Assembly: GCA_030704615.1 (NCBI GenBank)
Contig: CM060731.1
Location: 75,206,001 to 75,270,000 of the forward strand
Direction of reading: 5' to 3'
DNA length: 64,000 nucleotides
Origin: Takakia lepidozioides
Taxonomy: Eukaryota > Plantae > Bryophyta
The notes under the pieces were generated by a model. The model saw only the letters and a list, made by a program, of their open reading frames with translations, made no database searches and was not told where the DNA came from. This document shows positions 1 through 13,739 of this stretch, in pieces. A program made the translations under genes and the position numbers. Numbering within the stretch: position 1 is the stretch's first letter; each line of letters opens with the position of its first letter.

Positions 1-102
1 TGTACTTGCCGTTTGTTCTGTTGCCCCTTTTCTGTATTCATTAATGGGCCCGCCATTCATCCGAATTGACGTGCTAATTAGGTATTTTGACGGCCATTCT
101 TG

Positions 103-3100
103 TCATCTTTCTTGATGACATCCGTTCTTGCACTTCCTTCTCAGCTGTGTGTTGCACCCTGACTTCCACGTGTCCCTTTCTAAACTGGCTTCCGTCCTTT
201 CTTCCGCCGGCCATTTCACTGAAGTTATCCTGCGTCCACCTGTCACTGATTCTATGGATTGTGTCACCCTAGTAGGCTGTGTTGAGCTGTGACAGGCTGT
301 GTTATATTGTGGTACGTCGTGATACGCTGTGTTGCACTGTGGTAAGCTGTGATAGGCTGTGACACGCTGTGGTAGGTTGTGATAGGCTGTATTGCTCCGT
401 GTTGGGCTGTGATATGCTGTGTCGTGCCTTGCTGGGCTGTGATAGGCTGTGTTGCACCGTGATGGGCTGTGATAGGCTGTGTCACGCCGTGATGGGCTGT
501 GATAGGCTGTGTCGCGCCGTGATGGGCTGTGATAGGCTGTGTCGCGCTTGTTCTGCCTGCCCTGGTCATATATGCTCGGCCTAGCGATAAGTGCTCCATA
601 CTCTGTTGGTATCACTGGTGCAGCCCGTGACTGCTTTTGCGTTTCAACATGCAAATCATGTTGCAATGGTTTGTCATGGATACCACTGTACCCCTTCAAC
701 TTATTAGCATTGACTCTTCCCAGCATCTCTTTGTTAATGGTTTGTAACATGGCGGTGTTGTTATCATACATCTTTTGTATGACATAAGGTCCTTTCCATG
801 GTGATTTAAGCTTAGAAGCTTTAATCTTTCATTTCTTCTGCAACCATAGAACCAAATCTCCCGTCTTAAAAGTCTTTAACTTGCCTTCATCAAACTGTTC
901 CTTTCTCTTCATTTGAATTCTGGTCATATTATCAGCTGCATTTGCACGTACTTCTTCCACATGGTATAATTCATGTTTTCTGACCTTAATGGAATCTTGC
1001 AATTCCATTCTCTTTCCCCATTCCGTTCTCATGGTAGGTAACATGAATTCCACTGGAAGTAAAGCTTCCATACCATAAACTAATTGGAATGGTGTACACT
1101 TAGTGGTGACTTTATATGAAGTCCTGTATGACCACAAAGCTGTCAGCAGCTTTGTATCCCAATCCGTTCTGTTTGCATTGACTATCTTAGCCAAGATAGT
1201 ACATAGTATTTTGTTGGTAGCCTCTGCCTGCCCATTACCCTGTGGGTAATATGTTGTACTCTTTCTATGCACAATCATGAACTCTTTAGTCAACAATTCA
1301 ATGGTCTCATTAATGAAGTGACTTCCCTGATCACTGATAAATTCCAAGGGACAGCCAAATCGTGTAAGTATGTTCTCATACAGAAACCTTGCTGTGGACT
1401 TGGCTGTGTTGTCCCTCAAAGCTTTAGCTTCCACCCACTTCGTAGTATAATCAGTGGCTGTAATTATGTACCTGTTCTGTGTATTCTTGGCTGGTGGGTT
1501 AATTGGTCCAACAAAGTCTAGTCCCCATTTCTGAAATGGTTCCGTAGGAATTGTAGGATGCAAAGACATTTTCCCAGATCTCTGCAAAGGTCCTAGCCTC
1601 TGACATTCATCACAACTCTGACAATACTTGTGTACATCTTTGAACAAAGTAGGCCACCAGTAACCTGCATGTAGTATTTTCCTGCTGGTAGTCTCTTCTC
1701 CAAAATGACCTCCAGCCACTTCTTTATGAACTTCCTCCAAAACATTATTAACTTCATGGTGGTATAAGCATCGCTTCAGCACTCCATCTGGTCCTAGCTT
1801 ATACATTCTGCTCCCTACCATAGTGTAAGGTAGAGCCTTGATAACAATTCTCTTTCTCTGCTCCTTTCCATAACTTGGTGGGCACTGACCATGAGCAAGG
1901 TAGTATCTGATTGGCCACTGCCAATCTAACCAGTCATCTGCACTTCCCTGCACCTCCACTGTAAATAGACTCACATCTGGTAATTGATCATCTACTCCCG
2001 TGGCTGGTTCTCCTGTTGATAACCTTGACAAGTGATCCGCCACAAGATGCAGTCTCCCAGGCTTGTAAACAACCTCGAATTCAAACTCGTGCAAGATTAT
2101 TAACCATCTTGCTATTCTTCCGCTTATCAGAGGTTTGTTTACCAGGTATATCAGAGCCTGGTGATCCACATAGAACATAAACTTCTTGCCCAGCAGGTAA
2201 TGCCTGAATTTCTTCACTGCATAGATCATTGCCAATGCTTCTCTTCCGTTGTGCTATAATTTCTTTCGGCATTGTTCATCAATCGGCTAGCATAGTACAC
2301 AGGTGAATCTATCCTTCCTGTTACATTTTGGGCTAACACTGCTCCTAGTGCTTCTCCAGAAGCATCACAGTGAACATGAAATATTTCCTGCCAGTGAGGA
2401 CTAATCAGCACAGGTGTAGTTGTTACTGACAATGTAAGTTCCTCAAAAGCCTGTTGACATTCAGGTGTCCATGCTGCATCTTTCTTCAGAAGTTTGCTCA
2501 ATGGTGTTGCTATCTGTGCATCCCGTCTGACAAATCTTCTGTAATAGCTTGTTTGTCCAAGGAATCTCCTTAGACTCTTAACATTCACTGGTGGTGGAGA
2601 GGCTTTAATGGCCTCTGTCTTCTTGGGATCCACAAGAAGTCCCTCTTACACACAATGTGTCCCAGAAGCACCCCTGAGTTCACACAGAAAGTACACTTCT
2701 CTGGATTCAGGCCCAGACCTCTCATCCTGCATCTGGCCAGACATAACTCCAATTTATGCAAGTGCTCATTCTTAGAGCTGTACACACTGAAATCATCCAA
2801 GAATACCTGCATGAAATCATCCAGATACTCATGAAAAGATTCACTTATCACTCTCTGAAAGGTTGCTGGTGCATTACAAAGTCCAAAGGGCATGACTTTG
2901 TATGCATAAGCACCCCAGTCTGTGATGAAAGCTGTCTTTCCTTGGTCTTCTTCTGCCACTTGCACTTGATTATAACCACTGAAGCCATCCATGAATGAGT
3001 ACATCTCTTGGCCTGCCACAATGTCTAATACTGCTTCTGTGAATGGCAAAGGGAAAAGATCTTTCTTCGTACAAGCATTCAGCTTCTTGTAGTTCACACA

Positions 3101-4420
3101 AACTCTTAGTTTACCATTCTTCTTGGGAACTATCACAATGGGTGACAACCAAGTTGTATACTCTATTGGGTATATAAACTTAGCCTCAGCCAACTTCTTG
3201 ATCTCTTCTCCAACCTTCTGTGCATAGTTGGGATTCATTCTGTACCTTGCTGCTTGATTGGTACTGACCCCGGTTCCAGTTCAATCTTATGCTGACAGAT
3301 TTCAGGTGGTATCCCTTTTAAATCCTCATAGCTCCAAGCAAATACATCTCTGTATTTGATGAACAAACTCTTAGCTTCTTCAAAGAATTCTGGCTCCAAA
3401 TCAGCTCCTACCTTCACCATCCTCGGTTCCTCTTTAGTTCCCACATTCACTTCCCTCACCTGCTCATCAGCTGTGATTGTCCAACCAGTCACCACTTCAT
3501 CCTGTAAACTCACAGTGGCTGGTTCCTCTAGGATTTCCATTTCTCCTTCTTTTTCTTCATAGAAATGTGATGGGTAACTGCTGGTTTCCTCTTCAATCGG
3601 TGTTGTTGACACTACACCACAACAGATACCCTTAAACAACTTAGGCCTTCCAACCGCATCTCTGCAACCTGCTCCACTCTGGGTGTGCAGCAAATAGGGT
3701 AGCTTCCTGCTCCTCATCCAGTCCTCCTCTCCAGTCATACTCTCTGACTCCTCGAGGTCTTCTCGTAGCAGGTAATCTACTAGATTTCTTTGTGGTAATT
3801 TGTATCTCGTGTATCCCATTATGCACGGTTAGTAACTGAGAATTCCAGTCATGGAATACCCTGACCTGTTTCAGCCACGGACGTCCCAATAATAAGGAGT
3901 AAGCCTCCATGACTTCATCCATCTTCAACACAGTTACTGTGATCATAAAGATCATCTTCTGTATCTGTATCTTAACTCCTCTTATTAATCCCAATGGCTG
4001 TACACTTCTTTGATCTGCCATTGTTACTGTAAATGGGGCTGGTTTCATGTTACTTAGACCAAGCTTCTTTCTTAATTGGTCTGTCATGATATTTACTCCA
4101 GAACCTCCATCTATCAGTACATCAGTTAGTTCTGTGCTTCCAATTCTCAATTGGATTACTGGCATAGAATCATCAAAGTCCATGACTGTTTCTCGCCCTT
4201 CCGGCTTCACATTATAACTGGTCACCTTGTTGTTCAGGTCTGTGTTTCCTGTCTCCTGGGCAATTCGATTGATTGCTTGATACAGCCTGTGCCTACAATA
4301 AGGTGCCACAGTCAATAGCTGTCCAATGGTAATCTCTGCTTTGGTCTGGCATATTACTTCAGCCAAAGTCTCTTCATTACTTTGCATGTCTGCATTTTTT
4401 TTTCTTCCTTTCATCCTCAC
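103..4420 (-). pseudogene. pol: pol: protease-RT-RNase H-integrase, several frameshifts and stops
   Basis: Protease VLIDGGSGVNIM; RT YKVMPFGLCNAPATFQR and FLDDF; RNase H HVHCDASG...AERNYSTTE; integrase HHCC plus WGLDFVGP/ISDQGSHF/GQAE. The GPY module (WKGPY) continues in frame past the stop at 829-831. Confidence 0.95.
272..548. repeat. 30-bp tandem repeat (~9 units, GTGATGGGCTGTGATAGGCTGTGTCGCGCC-like)
   Basis: Directly visible. Translates as RRDTAYHSPS repeats on the minus strand. Related GGCTGTG motifs recur in the LTR at ~7955-8040. Confidence 0.9.
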
Positions 4421-4478
4421 TCACTTCTTCTTCTCCATCAGAATCAGAGGAATCTGCCACAGGAATATCAGTACTCTT

Positions 4479-6088
4479 CTACATTTCCCTTATGGTATCT
4501 GCCACTTCCTTGTGCAGTTCCTTCCCATCTCTCCAAGCCTCATCATCTTCAGGCATATCACTGCCACCTTCATTATCATCCTCTTCCTCTACTACTAGAG
4601 GTATTAGTTTGGCTTTACTTCTTGTTACTATCATTGTACTTACTTCTGGTACAACACATGGCCTAACCATGTGAGCTGCCACCACTGGGCCCTCATTCGC
4701 AGGAGCTCTCATCTCATTCTGGTGTCTAATCCAGAATGAATAGGCTGCCTTGCGATGTCCTGGCTGATTACAATAGTAACATAGTTCTTCACCGTTGGGT
4801 CCTCGCCCTTGGTTTGCTCTTGGATTATTTCTGTAATCCTGATTCCCGGGCTGGTAATTCCCCCTTGGATTACCCTGATAGTTGCCTCTGGAATTTCCTT
4901 GGTAATTCCCTCTTGAATTACCTCTCCCTTCCATGCCATTGTTATAACCACCAGACCTACCATAGTGGTCCTGATCATTGTTTCTTCTTGGCTGGGGCTG
5001 CACCTAATGCACCCTTACTTGCCTAGGTTCTCTTGCAACTGTCATTCTGTTGTAGTAACAATTCTCAGTAGAATGGTTATCCATTACAGATAGTACAGTG
5101 TGTCTCCTTCATGTGGCATTCTGTGGTGGTATGGCCTTCATTCTGGCACTTTGCACACCATACACCCTTCCTCCAATGTGTTGCAGCCTCTGTGGCATAC
5201 TTCTTCAAGATTTCTTCCAATCTTTTCTCATAATTATCCCTCTTCAACTTCTCCTTTCCCTTACTCTCCTTTTTAGTTCTTGCTCTTCTTCTTCATCTGA
5301 CTCATCCTCAGAGTCCTCATCATCCCTTTTCTCTCTCCTGAGCATTCCCAATTGCTCAATTCTGTTTGCGTTTCAAATGCCTCCTCCACTGTATTATGGG
5401 GTAACATATCCACTTCTTTTGCAACTCTGGTCTTAGTCCACTCACAAATCAAGTCTTTTGTAAATCTGGTGCTGGTACTGCAGCTAGCTTTTTCATCATC
5501 AATTCCATCTTTTCCATATACTCCTCAACAGTTTCATGCTTCTTTTGCTTTAACTGTTTTGTAAACTTCATACACTTCATCCTCAGTTTTACTTGTCCTG
5601 AACCTATTTCGGAATGTTGTATTCAAGGCCATTCCAGGTTAGGAAATGATTATCAGGGAATCTTCCATACCATTCACTTGCTTTCTTGATAAGTGAACAA
5701 GGAAACAATTTCATCTTGGCATCATCGCCATTCTTATTGTTCACTATACACATGTGCTCAAATTGGCTATGTGTACATCGGGATCCCTTTTTCCTGAATA
5801 TATTGGAAAAGGTGGTTTTGCCCGTGTTGGTTGTAACGCCATCTGGGCCCTACTTCTGCCCACTGACAGGTGTTGGCACCCTTGCTGGTGCTGGTCCTTC
5901 AGGACCTTTGTTGTTGTGGTGGATCTTTCACCAAGTGGTGGCCCTTGAGCACTCCCTGCTACTGGCCCCACGATATTCACAGTATTCCCAGCTTCAGTTG
6001 CACTACTTCCACACTCCCTGTCCCCCCAGAGCGAGATCCAGGCAACCGCTGATCCCCCTGACAGACACCTTGTTGGCCTGTGATCCAA
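4479..6088 (-). pseudogene. gag: gag (frameshifted), with zinc knuckle
   Basis: KPPFPIYSGKRDPDVHI capsid-like start (5744-6088 ORF). CYYCNQPGHRKAAY degenerate CCHC (4479-5003 ORF). Confidence 0.8.
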
Positions 6089-7244
6089 GTGGCTCCACTT
6101 GATCCAGGTCCAACGGGTTGGGATGTCCTGGTTGTAGTCTCAACCTCAGCTGTTGGGTCTACTTCTTCATACTCTTCCTCTTCCAATTTTTTCTCTCTGT
6201 TTTCATCCTCCAAGTTCTGCCCTTGGGTTTCTTCTTCACTCATGTAACTCAACTGCAATGGGGTTGTTGGAGAGTCTGAACTCCGTTGGCTCTCCACATC
6301 CTCCTCCTCCTTCTTCACCTTCCGCTTCAGAAACTAGAGTTCCTGCTTTTGGTGTTCCATGCCAACTCTTATCAAAGATTTCTGTCAAATCTTTTATCCA
6401 GGGATGTACATCAGATCTTTCACCTCGTGATTGATCTTCTTCCCGTACCAATTCCTTAATCTTTCTTGCAAAGAAACAGAAGGAGTGGCATCCAACTCTA
6501 GTTCTTCCGGTATGGGTGATGTACTTTCTGATCTTAATAGTGTGAGGGGTCCAGATGATTCCCCTATGTCTATTCCTCTCTCCCAAAGATATGGATAATT
6601 AGCTTTCAGATAGCTTCTCTTTTTGCTGAATATCTCTGGCGTCTAGCTTCTCTTTCATCACTCATGTCCCATGTCTTTCATTTCTTTTTAATGTGGCAAT
6701 AAACCAAAACTCTCTTCTGTAATATCTCTCGTATATGCCTGGTTTCTTTCAAGCTTCAATGCACCCTTCGCTACTTGAAGTCTCCGTACCATATAACCAT
6801 ATGGCAAACAAGTCTGGAAAGCTGTTCTTGGTGTGAGTTTGATCCACAAAATATCCTTTGGAATCCAATTCTTTACCAGTACAAGCTCTTCATGCATATG
6901 AGTATAAACATTCACCTTCTTTCCTCCCAGCCTTCAAACTCTACTCGCTATATGGATAGCAATGCTATCACATAAACGGTGTTGGTAACCAACGTGCTCT
7001 CCTACAGGCCACCTGATAAATCTTTATCACTCCTTTCTCCAGACCCCACTCAGGGTCAGCATCATGCACTCTCTTAAGAATGTTTTCTTTACAACCGTCT
7101 GGCAATTCCAAAAACCTCTGGAAGAACGTTTGGACAATCTTTCTTTCTTAGTTTACAAGGAATTTGATTCACATCAAATTCTTTAATTCTCCAACCACCA
7201 TGATCCCCAAGATGCCTGTCACATCTGGTTGTTCATGACCCAGT

Positions 7245-7262
7245 TCCCCAGTATGGTCGCCA
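7245..7262 (-). promoter_or_regulatory. Primer binding site, tRNA-Arg-like (TGGCGACCATACTGGGGA)
   Basis: 18-mer starting TGG, 2 nt after the LTR CA end. Resembles the complement of plant tRNA-Arg 3' ends. Confidence 0.7.
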
Positions 7263-7264
7263 AA

Positions 7265-8078
7265 TGTCGCGCGGCTTTTTACTCACCCATCCCTTCGCAT
7301 CCGAGGCGGAGGGAAACTCCAAGATAGAAGAGTGGAAATCTCTAAGCACTCAACCCGCTCAGAACAATCAGTCATGACCTACAGCTAGTGTATCATGGGG
7401 GTGTTTCCTATTTGTTTTCCTTCCCGCATTCATGTTAGCTAGTTACTTTACTGTTGGTAATAAGTATGAGTTGCTTCAGTAATCTATGGATTCCATCAAC
7501 TATCCATTCATTCCACAGCTTACTCAGATCTCTCTAACAGTGTGAGTATGAAGTGTGTATCAGATTAATATCTATCAAGTATCAGGCTGAAGCCATGGAG
7601 TCTCTAATCTGCTCTACATTACAATTCTACTGCCTGCATTCATTAAGCATCAACAGATCCTCTCCCTACTCCGTGCTCTCTCTCTTTCTGCTTAGAGATA
7701 CGCTCTCTGCCTCCTTTTCCCCAGTGATGTCCGAAGTTCCCCAAGAAGTGATCCTCCCACTCCTTCCAGCAGTGAATCCCCCCCAAGAAGTGATCCAGAA
7801 TCGATCCTTCTAGTCCTTGCCTAGCTTTATCTCTACCCGCAAGTTGTTTCACTTCCCTCGCTAACCGTCGTCCGTGAACTAACATGTTCCATTCGCAGGT
7901 GTTGTTCCCCACAGTCGTTCCCTGTCCTGCTATCCGTTCCCTATGGTCGTGACAGCTGTGTCAAGCTGTGACTGGCTGTGTGGCTGTGTCGGCTGTGACG
8001 GGCTGTGTTGGCTGTGATGGGCTGTGTCGGGCTGTGACGAGGGGTGTTGATCTGTGCAAAAATTAAGGGTACCCCACA
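7265..8078 (-). repeat. 5' LTR of the Gypsy element (~814 bp)
   Basis: Minus strand begins TGTGGGGTACCC and ends ...GCGACA, immediately before a PBS. The second LTR is outside the window, so the left boundary is firmer than the right. Confidence 0.75.
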
Positions 8079-9149
8079 GATCCCGTATAAGTGTCTAAAA
8101 CCCAGACAGTCTCTAACACGGTGACGTGCAGTGGATGCAGCATATTTAGTATGTATCTTATGAATATGACACCAATCAACCCCACGAATTTGTAACCATT
8201 GAAGTAATAGTTGCAGTCATTTACTTAGTCTATATGACACATAACACAAACACATGACCAATGAAAAACACGACATGTGCCTAATAAAGTGATAACGGAA
8301 GTGACGTAGTCATACTCACGTCTGTATCTTATGACTTCTTGACTACAATCACCCAACGAAATGTCGACATGTGGAGAAGAGGATCGTTGCATTCAAAATT
8401 CAAACTAAAGTGCTGAAGGGAAAGTGACGATCTTACGGAAGAGAACAGCGTTGGAGAAGAGGATCCCTCCCGTGTATCATGTAATGATTCCTCACTGTTT
8501 CCAACAAGAGTACTTTTCTCCATTGACACTCATCGCAGTTGCATAACATTTGTATGCCCATTCATTGTGGCATAAGCTTCTTCCATTCGCCATAGACGGT
8601 CATCGTTTCTACGCCTACGCATCGTTTCGCCACCTGCAATGTACAGGACTTTGAACGTCAGCCCCTTCCCTTGTTGCATGCTACGCACAGGCATTGCGCA
8701 ATGGTCCTAGTTTTGCACCAGCTGCCAATGTGCTATTTCTATATCTATAGTATACTATAAGTATCGTTTCTGAGTGTCCATGGTGAAGCGGAAGCAACGT
8801 CAAAGCATCGATAAAAGATGGGTGAGTTTAGTTCCTGACTTTGGATACCCACCCACTAAACTTGCGATTTGCCTTATCCTCTAACCTTCCCACAAGCGAT
8901 CATAAGCTTCATAGCACAAATAGGGCGAGTAGCTGCGACTTGTACAAATAGAGAGGCAAACAACATGCAGTGAGTGACGATTAGGTTGAGGACGGTGTGT
9001 CATTAGGGGGAGATGTCCGCCGTCATTCGTGGGCAGGCATTACGTCCTGGTAGGGTGCGGCTGTTCAGCGTAGGCTTAAGAGTATTAGGGTATGTATGCT
9101 TACATTTGTTTGTGATTGTTTGAGAGGGAGGTCATGGAGGTGTTTGTGC

Positions 9150-12100
9150 AGGCTTGCGGGAGCGAATCGCCCTCGCAAGCCACGCGCTCCGAAGGAAAAA
9201 TGTAGGGATCAAGGTCCTGCAAGGCAAAGTGCCAGACTGAAGACGATGAAGACTACGATTCTGCATGAGGGCTCTTCTGAGGACGATGAGGACGATCCAC
9301 TCCTCCCACGCCAGTGCGAGGCGAGTGCGTCGTCGGCGGATGCCACGGCAAGCCGAGGAGAACATGCCCATGCTCATGTCGCAGGACAAAAACGCCCATC
9401 ATCTACACTACAACACCTTCTCCGTCTGTGAGTTATAGTTCTTCACAATGACCATGATTCTAATTATGTATGTTTTGGTAAAATCACGAAGAGATAGGGT
9501 ATGTCTGTGTCAAGACAGGGAAGTTGGACAATGCAGGGGTCAGCCAAGGCACAATCACAAATGATTTCCACTAGACAAGTTGAAGTGCCAAAGGCATGAT
9601 GTCAGGCCAATGTAGACTTCAGGTGTGTTCAAATTCTTTGCCCCATGAAACCAACGTCCTGGTACTAAGCTACAATGGCTACTTATAGAGATACTTGGGT
9701 TACTTATGCACCCAGAATATCAGTAAAACTTGGAGGGATACTTCTCATGGACCCATCAGGTTTGTCCATTTGAATTCTTGCTATGGATTTCAGGAACACC
9801 CCATACCTAAGAGGGCTCAAAAATGTACTGGGAGGACATCATTGGGGCCAATCAAATTTGGGAGATTTACTGCCCAAGATCATACTGAGTTTTGGGTAAT
9901 CTTGTCTTTACAAATGATATGTGCTTCCAGTTTGTTTTGCCTGAATTCAAGGATTTGCTGCTTGCTGCCTATATGTATGTGTAATCACCCACATTGTACT
10001 GGGGAATTTCTTTTCAGGGCAAGCACAAGCGCACTGGATCCACGATCCCTGCTGCTAGCAATGGAGATGGCGCCCACAAGAACGCAGGAGGTGGCCCTAA
10101 CTCTCCCAACGTTGTGGGTTCTGTGCCACCAGTACCCCCACCTTATTATGGTATGCCTCAGTACCCACAGTCTGGCACTCAGTATGGTCAGGGTCAATAT
10201 GGTGCTCCTCCATATGGGCAGTATGGCCAGTATCCTCCTCCACCATATTTGCCACCCCCTAATAGCTATGGGGGTGGCAGGCCACCGGAATATCCTCCTG
10301 CTTATGGACAGTATGGCCAGTATGGTCCTCGGCCTTCTGGCCAACAACCATGGCCACCAGTCCCTACTTGGCAGGATCCTGCTTTGAATTCTCCTGAGCG
10401 CACGGAGGTCTCTGAAGGAGGGAGGGTGCCGTTTCAAAGAATGATAGAACCAATGCTTTAAGGAGGGCTAATAGCTCAGCCAAAATTGAAGCTGCCAAGG
10501 TCAAGGAAGAGAGAATAGCTGCAGGTCTTCCTCCCACGGTGATTTTGACGAACCTCAAAGGAGCCCCGTATGGTCAGACCCGGAATGTATGGCACGCTGC
10601 CCTTAAAGGACAGGCTTATCGCAAGCTAGATTGTTCCCTTGCCATCAACAACCAACCTGATGAAGTTGTATACGAAATCAGAGATCACCTGGCTAAGCTA
10701 TTTTCATATACGCCGCACGAGTTAAAAGACTTCCACCTAAAACAAACAATTGGCAGAATAATGAAGAGCCAGCGTTATGAAGCACACACTGCGTGGTTGG
10801 GTGGTAAGGGGAAACCCATTACTGTATCTGACGAGGTATGGAACAAGCTTGTAAGTTACTGGCAGACAGAGGTGTTCCACAAAGTGTCGGGCAACATGAA
10901 GAAGGCAAATGGTGCAATTCTGAATCCTACCAAGACTGGCCGTGGTGGGAAGGCAATGGTGGAAGCACGCTTGGTAAGTGGCATCATCACGACTCTGTAT
11001 TTTGTTCCTCATTGAATTGCTATGTGTATATAGTCAGCCCTCACATTGCTTACTGACTTGTGGCATGGGTTTGTTTGTGGCATGGATTAATTTGTAGGAA
11101 ACACTATCAGGGTGCCCTCCTACATTATATGAAATTCAAGAGGGTTCAGTGTCACGGTTGTCAGCTGGGAGTGACAGGCGGGTAAGTGTGTTTTCCACGT
11201 TTGCTAGAGTGGTTGCTGCATCATAGGTTGCTAGGGTTTTTTTCACGGCTTTTGGCCTGGGTTTTCTTTCCAATGGTTGTTCATGCTAGGTTTTTTGGGT
11301 AGTTGGCAGGATGGATGGCTTGGACAAACTGGTGGAATCACAAGGACGTGACATGGCAGAATTAAAATTACAGATGCAGAGTATGATTGAGTACCAGAAA
11401 GCCATGGTGACCAGATTGGGGATTAATCTACCAGGCGCAGGACCAGTGACATCTACGATGGATACGTCTGCTGTGACAGTATCAAAATGTTTGGAATCCC
11501 AATTTCAGACGGTAACTGGTGCTCACTCTAAGCCCTTATGTCTTCCTGTCACTGATGATCTTTTGAATTTGACCGAGCAGCAGCAGGATACAGGGAAGGC
11601 CAGCTGTGAGGTGCACGTGGAAATTCAGCCCTTGCCACGTACAAAGGCAGTAGCAGTCCAGGGGGCAATGGTGACAGAGCCGCCGGGCACACCGGATTCT
11701 GGTATGCAGGTATGTGGGAGTTTAGATGGGGAGGAAGATGCAGACGGGGACAAAACAAACAAGCAGGTTGCTTTAATTTCTCCTGCTCACATGTTGAAGC
11801 CAAATGTCAGTTTACTTCCTGGACCAACGAGGAAGCATTTACTAATTCTGGACTTAAATGGTCTGTTATGTGAATCTTTTCATTCTGCTAATGGGCCTGC
11901 ATCCCTTCCCAAAGGTTTTGTGGGGAAGATGTGTGGCAAGAAGATGGTAGTTTTGAGACCACGCTGTTATGACTTTTTGCAAAAGTGTTTTGAACACTTT
12001 GAGGTGGTCTTGTTGCCAAGCTCGCAACTTCTTCCCAATGGTGGACTATATTTTTGCAGCCCACACTAACCTGGTTTTCCAGTGGGATGCCCTTCACTGT

Positions 12101-13196
12101 GACGAGGATCCAGTCCTCCCATGCCGTAAGGGGTCTGATTCAAAGCCATTATATTTCAAGAACTTGTCTACAGTGTGGGCAGACTGGCCAGAATGGACTT
12201 ATGAGGACACTGTTCTTGTTGACGACACACCAAGAAAGGCGGCAAACAATCCTCCCTTCATGGGATTTTTCCAGAGCCATGGAAGGTGCAACCAGATTCA
12301 TCAACTGATGAGTATCTAACAGAGGTGTTGTGGCCTTTCTTGTGGAAGGCATCGAAAGCTGCCAGTATTCCCAAGTTTTTGGAGTCTCAGCCTGTTTTCG
12401 GACAACAACCATACAACACTGCTACTGTGAAGGTACAAACATTCTGACAGTGCTCCAGAGGCTACATTTTTGTGGGTTCATTCATTGCATTGCTTTCCTG
12501 GATGCTTCTCCTCGGTTGCTTGATTAATGCTAGGTTTTCTTTGCAGCTTTTCGTGTTGGCTTTTTTTGTTTGATTCATACTTGGATTTTGTTTCTATTCA
12601 CTATTCATGTTTGCTCATTGCTTTCTTGGTTGATCTCTGGTCTGTGACACAGGAACTTGTGACAAACAAAGGTGATATTGTCGACAAGCCGGTACAGACG
12701 AGGGGCAAGAGTGTCGACCCGGCGAGTAGCCCCCCAAAAGAGGTCTCACCACCACTGGAGATTGCAAATGGAGTAAGTCCAGGCCGTTGTCTTGTCTGTT
12801 ATATTTTTTCTAACCTTGGGGCTCTCTTTAACTCGCAAATGTTGAGTGTCATAGTCGTGTGTATGTCATGGGTTTTCACATCGTGTTCTTTTTTGTGTGG
12901 AGTTGGGATCACAGTTCAGGGTGGGTGACGAGGTTCGGCTGTTGGATGTGAACTCCAAACGCAAGAAATGTGGAGTAGGGCTGATTGTTGCTCTTCAAGG
13001 TGCTGTGGTGGGTTACGGGTACCCTGCTGTGCCCCTTGATTATGCCTGTGTGTACATCAAAGAGGCATGTGTCAGTAACACCCCTCTACCATATGTGAAT
13101 GGTGTTAGGAAACAGACCGAATTGGGGCAGGTGGTTGGCCAGACAACACTTTGGAGTCTAAAGTTACTGAAACTTATGGAGCTGCGGAAGGGATAG
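9150..13196 (+). pseudogene. CACTA ORF2/TnpA-like multi-exon gene (Ptta/En/Spm-type and Tnp1/En/Spm C-terminal domains)
   Basis: VSDEVWNKLVSYWQTEVFHKVSGNMKKAN...KTGRGG (10539-11015). C-terminal GVGLIV...VPLDYACVYI...PLPY...LGQVVGQTTLWS (12897-13196). P/G/Y-rich exon at ~10022-10440. Exon borders approximate. Confidence 0.7.
11830..12350 (+). pseudogene. NIF/FCP1-like HAD phosphatase domain embedded in the TnpA-like gene (frameshift near 12009)
   Basis: KHLLILDLNGLL, VLRPRCYDFLQKCFEHFEV, WS, LYFKNLSTVW and TVLVDDTPRKAANNP match the NIF motif order. Confidence 0.8.
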
Positions 13197-13739
13197 TCAG
13201 TATTGCACTGTTTAACAGAGCAATACTGACTCTAGAACATACTAGCTACAACAATTCAGCCCATGTGTGGGCTTGCTTGTTTTTGGCTGGGCCTTTTGAG
13301 GCATGGATTTTTTGACCTTGTGGCTTTTGAGGTGTCCATTGGGATATTGGTCTCATTTGGATTTTTGTAATGTGATTTATAGGGCTTGTATTGCCCTGTA
13401 GTTGACTATTTTCATTCTCCTTGTGGTTGATAGTATGCAGGAGGGATCCATTCTGTTTTCATGTTGGAATTTCACCATGTAATGAAGATTTTAAATCATT
13501 TAATTCACTTTCATTTTAAATAATAATATTAAAAATAATACCATTAAAAAAAATCCAAGGCTGCAATCTCCCTGTTCTTTTAAATATTAAATGAAAACTA
13601 AAAATTAAAATATGAACATTAAAAATATAAACTATTTCGGAAAACAATCTTGATGACACGTGGCATCACTCTTGCTCAAACCAGAACACGTGGCAGTATA
13701 TGACACGACATTCTTTATCCATATTTTCACCACGTGTAA

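Larger units (their letters stand above)
1..8078 (-). mobile_element. Ty3/Gypsy LTR retrotransposon (non-chromovirus), decayed; 3' end runs off the window
   Basis: Minus-strand order is LTR, PBS, gag with CCHC knuckle, protease, RT, RNase H, integrase. Multiple stops and frameshifts. No chromodomain or extra RNase H seen. Confidence 0.95.

Noticed and set aside
272-548. CRISPR-like array (also considered for 16995-17550 and 42886-43168)
   Set aside because: Head-to-tail repeats without unique spacers, no cas genes, eukaryotic context.
264-599. ORFs 264-599 (-) and 369-584 (+) as genes
   Set aside because: Alternative-frame readings of the 30-bp repeat.
9994-10461. Independent proline/glycine-rich cell-wall protein gene
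   Set aside because: No signal peptide; lies between TnpA-like exons inside the CACTA.
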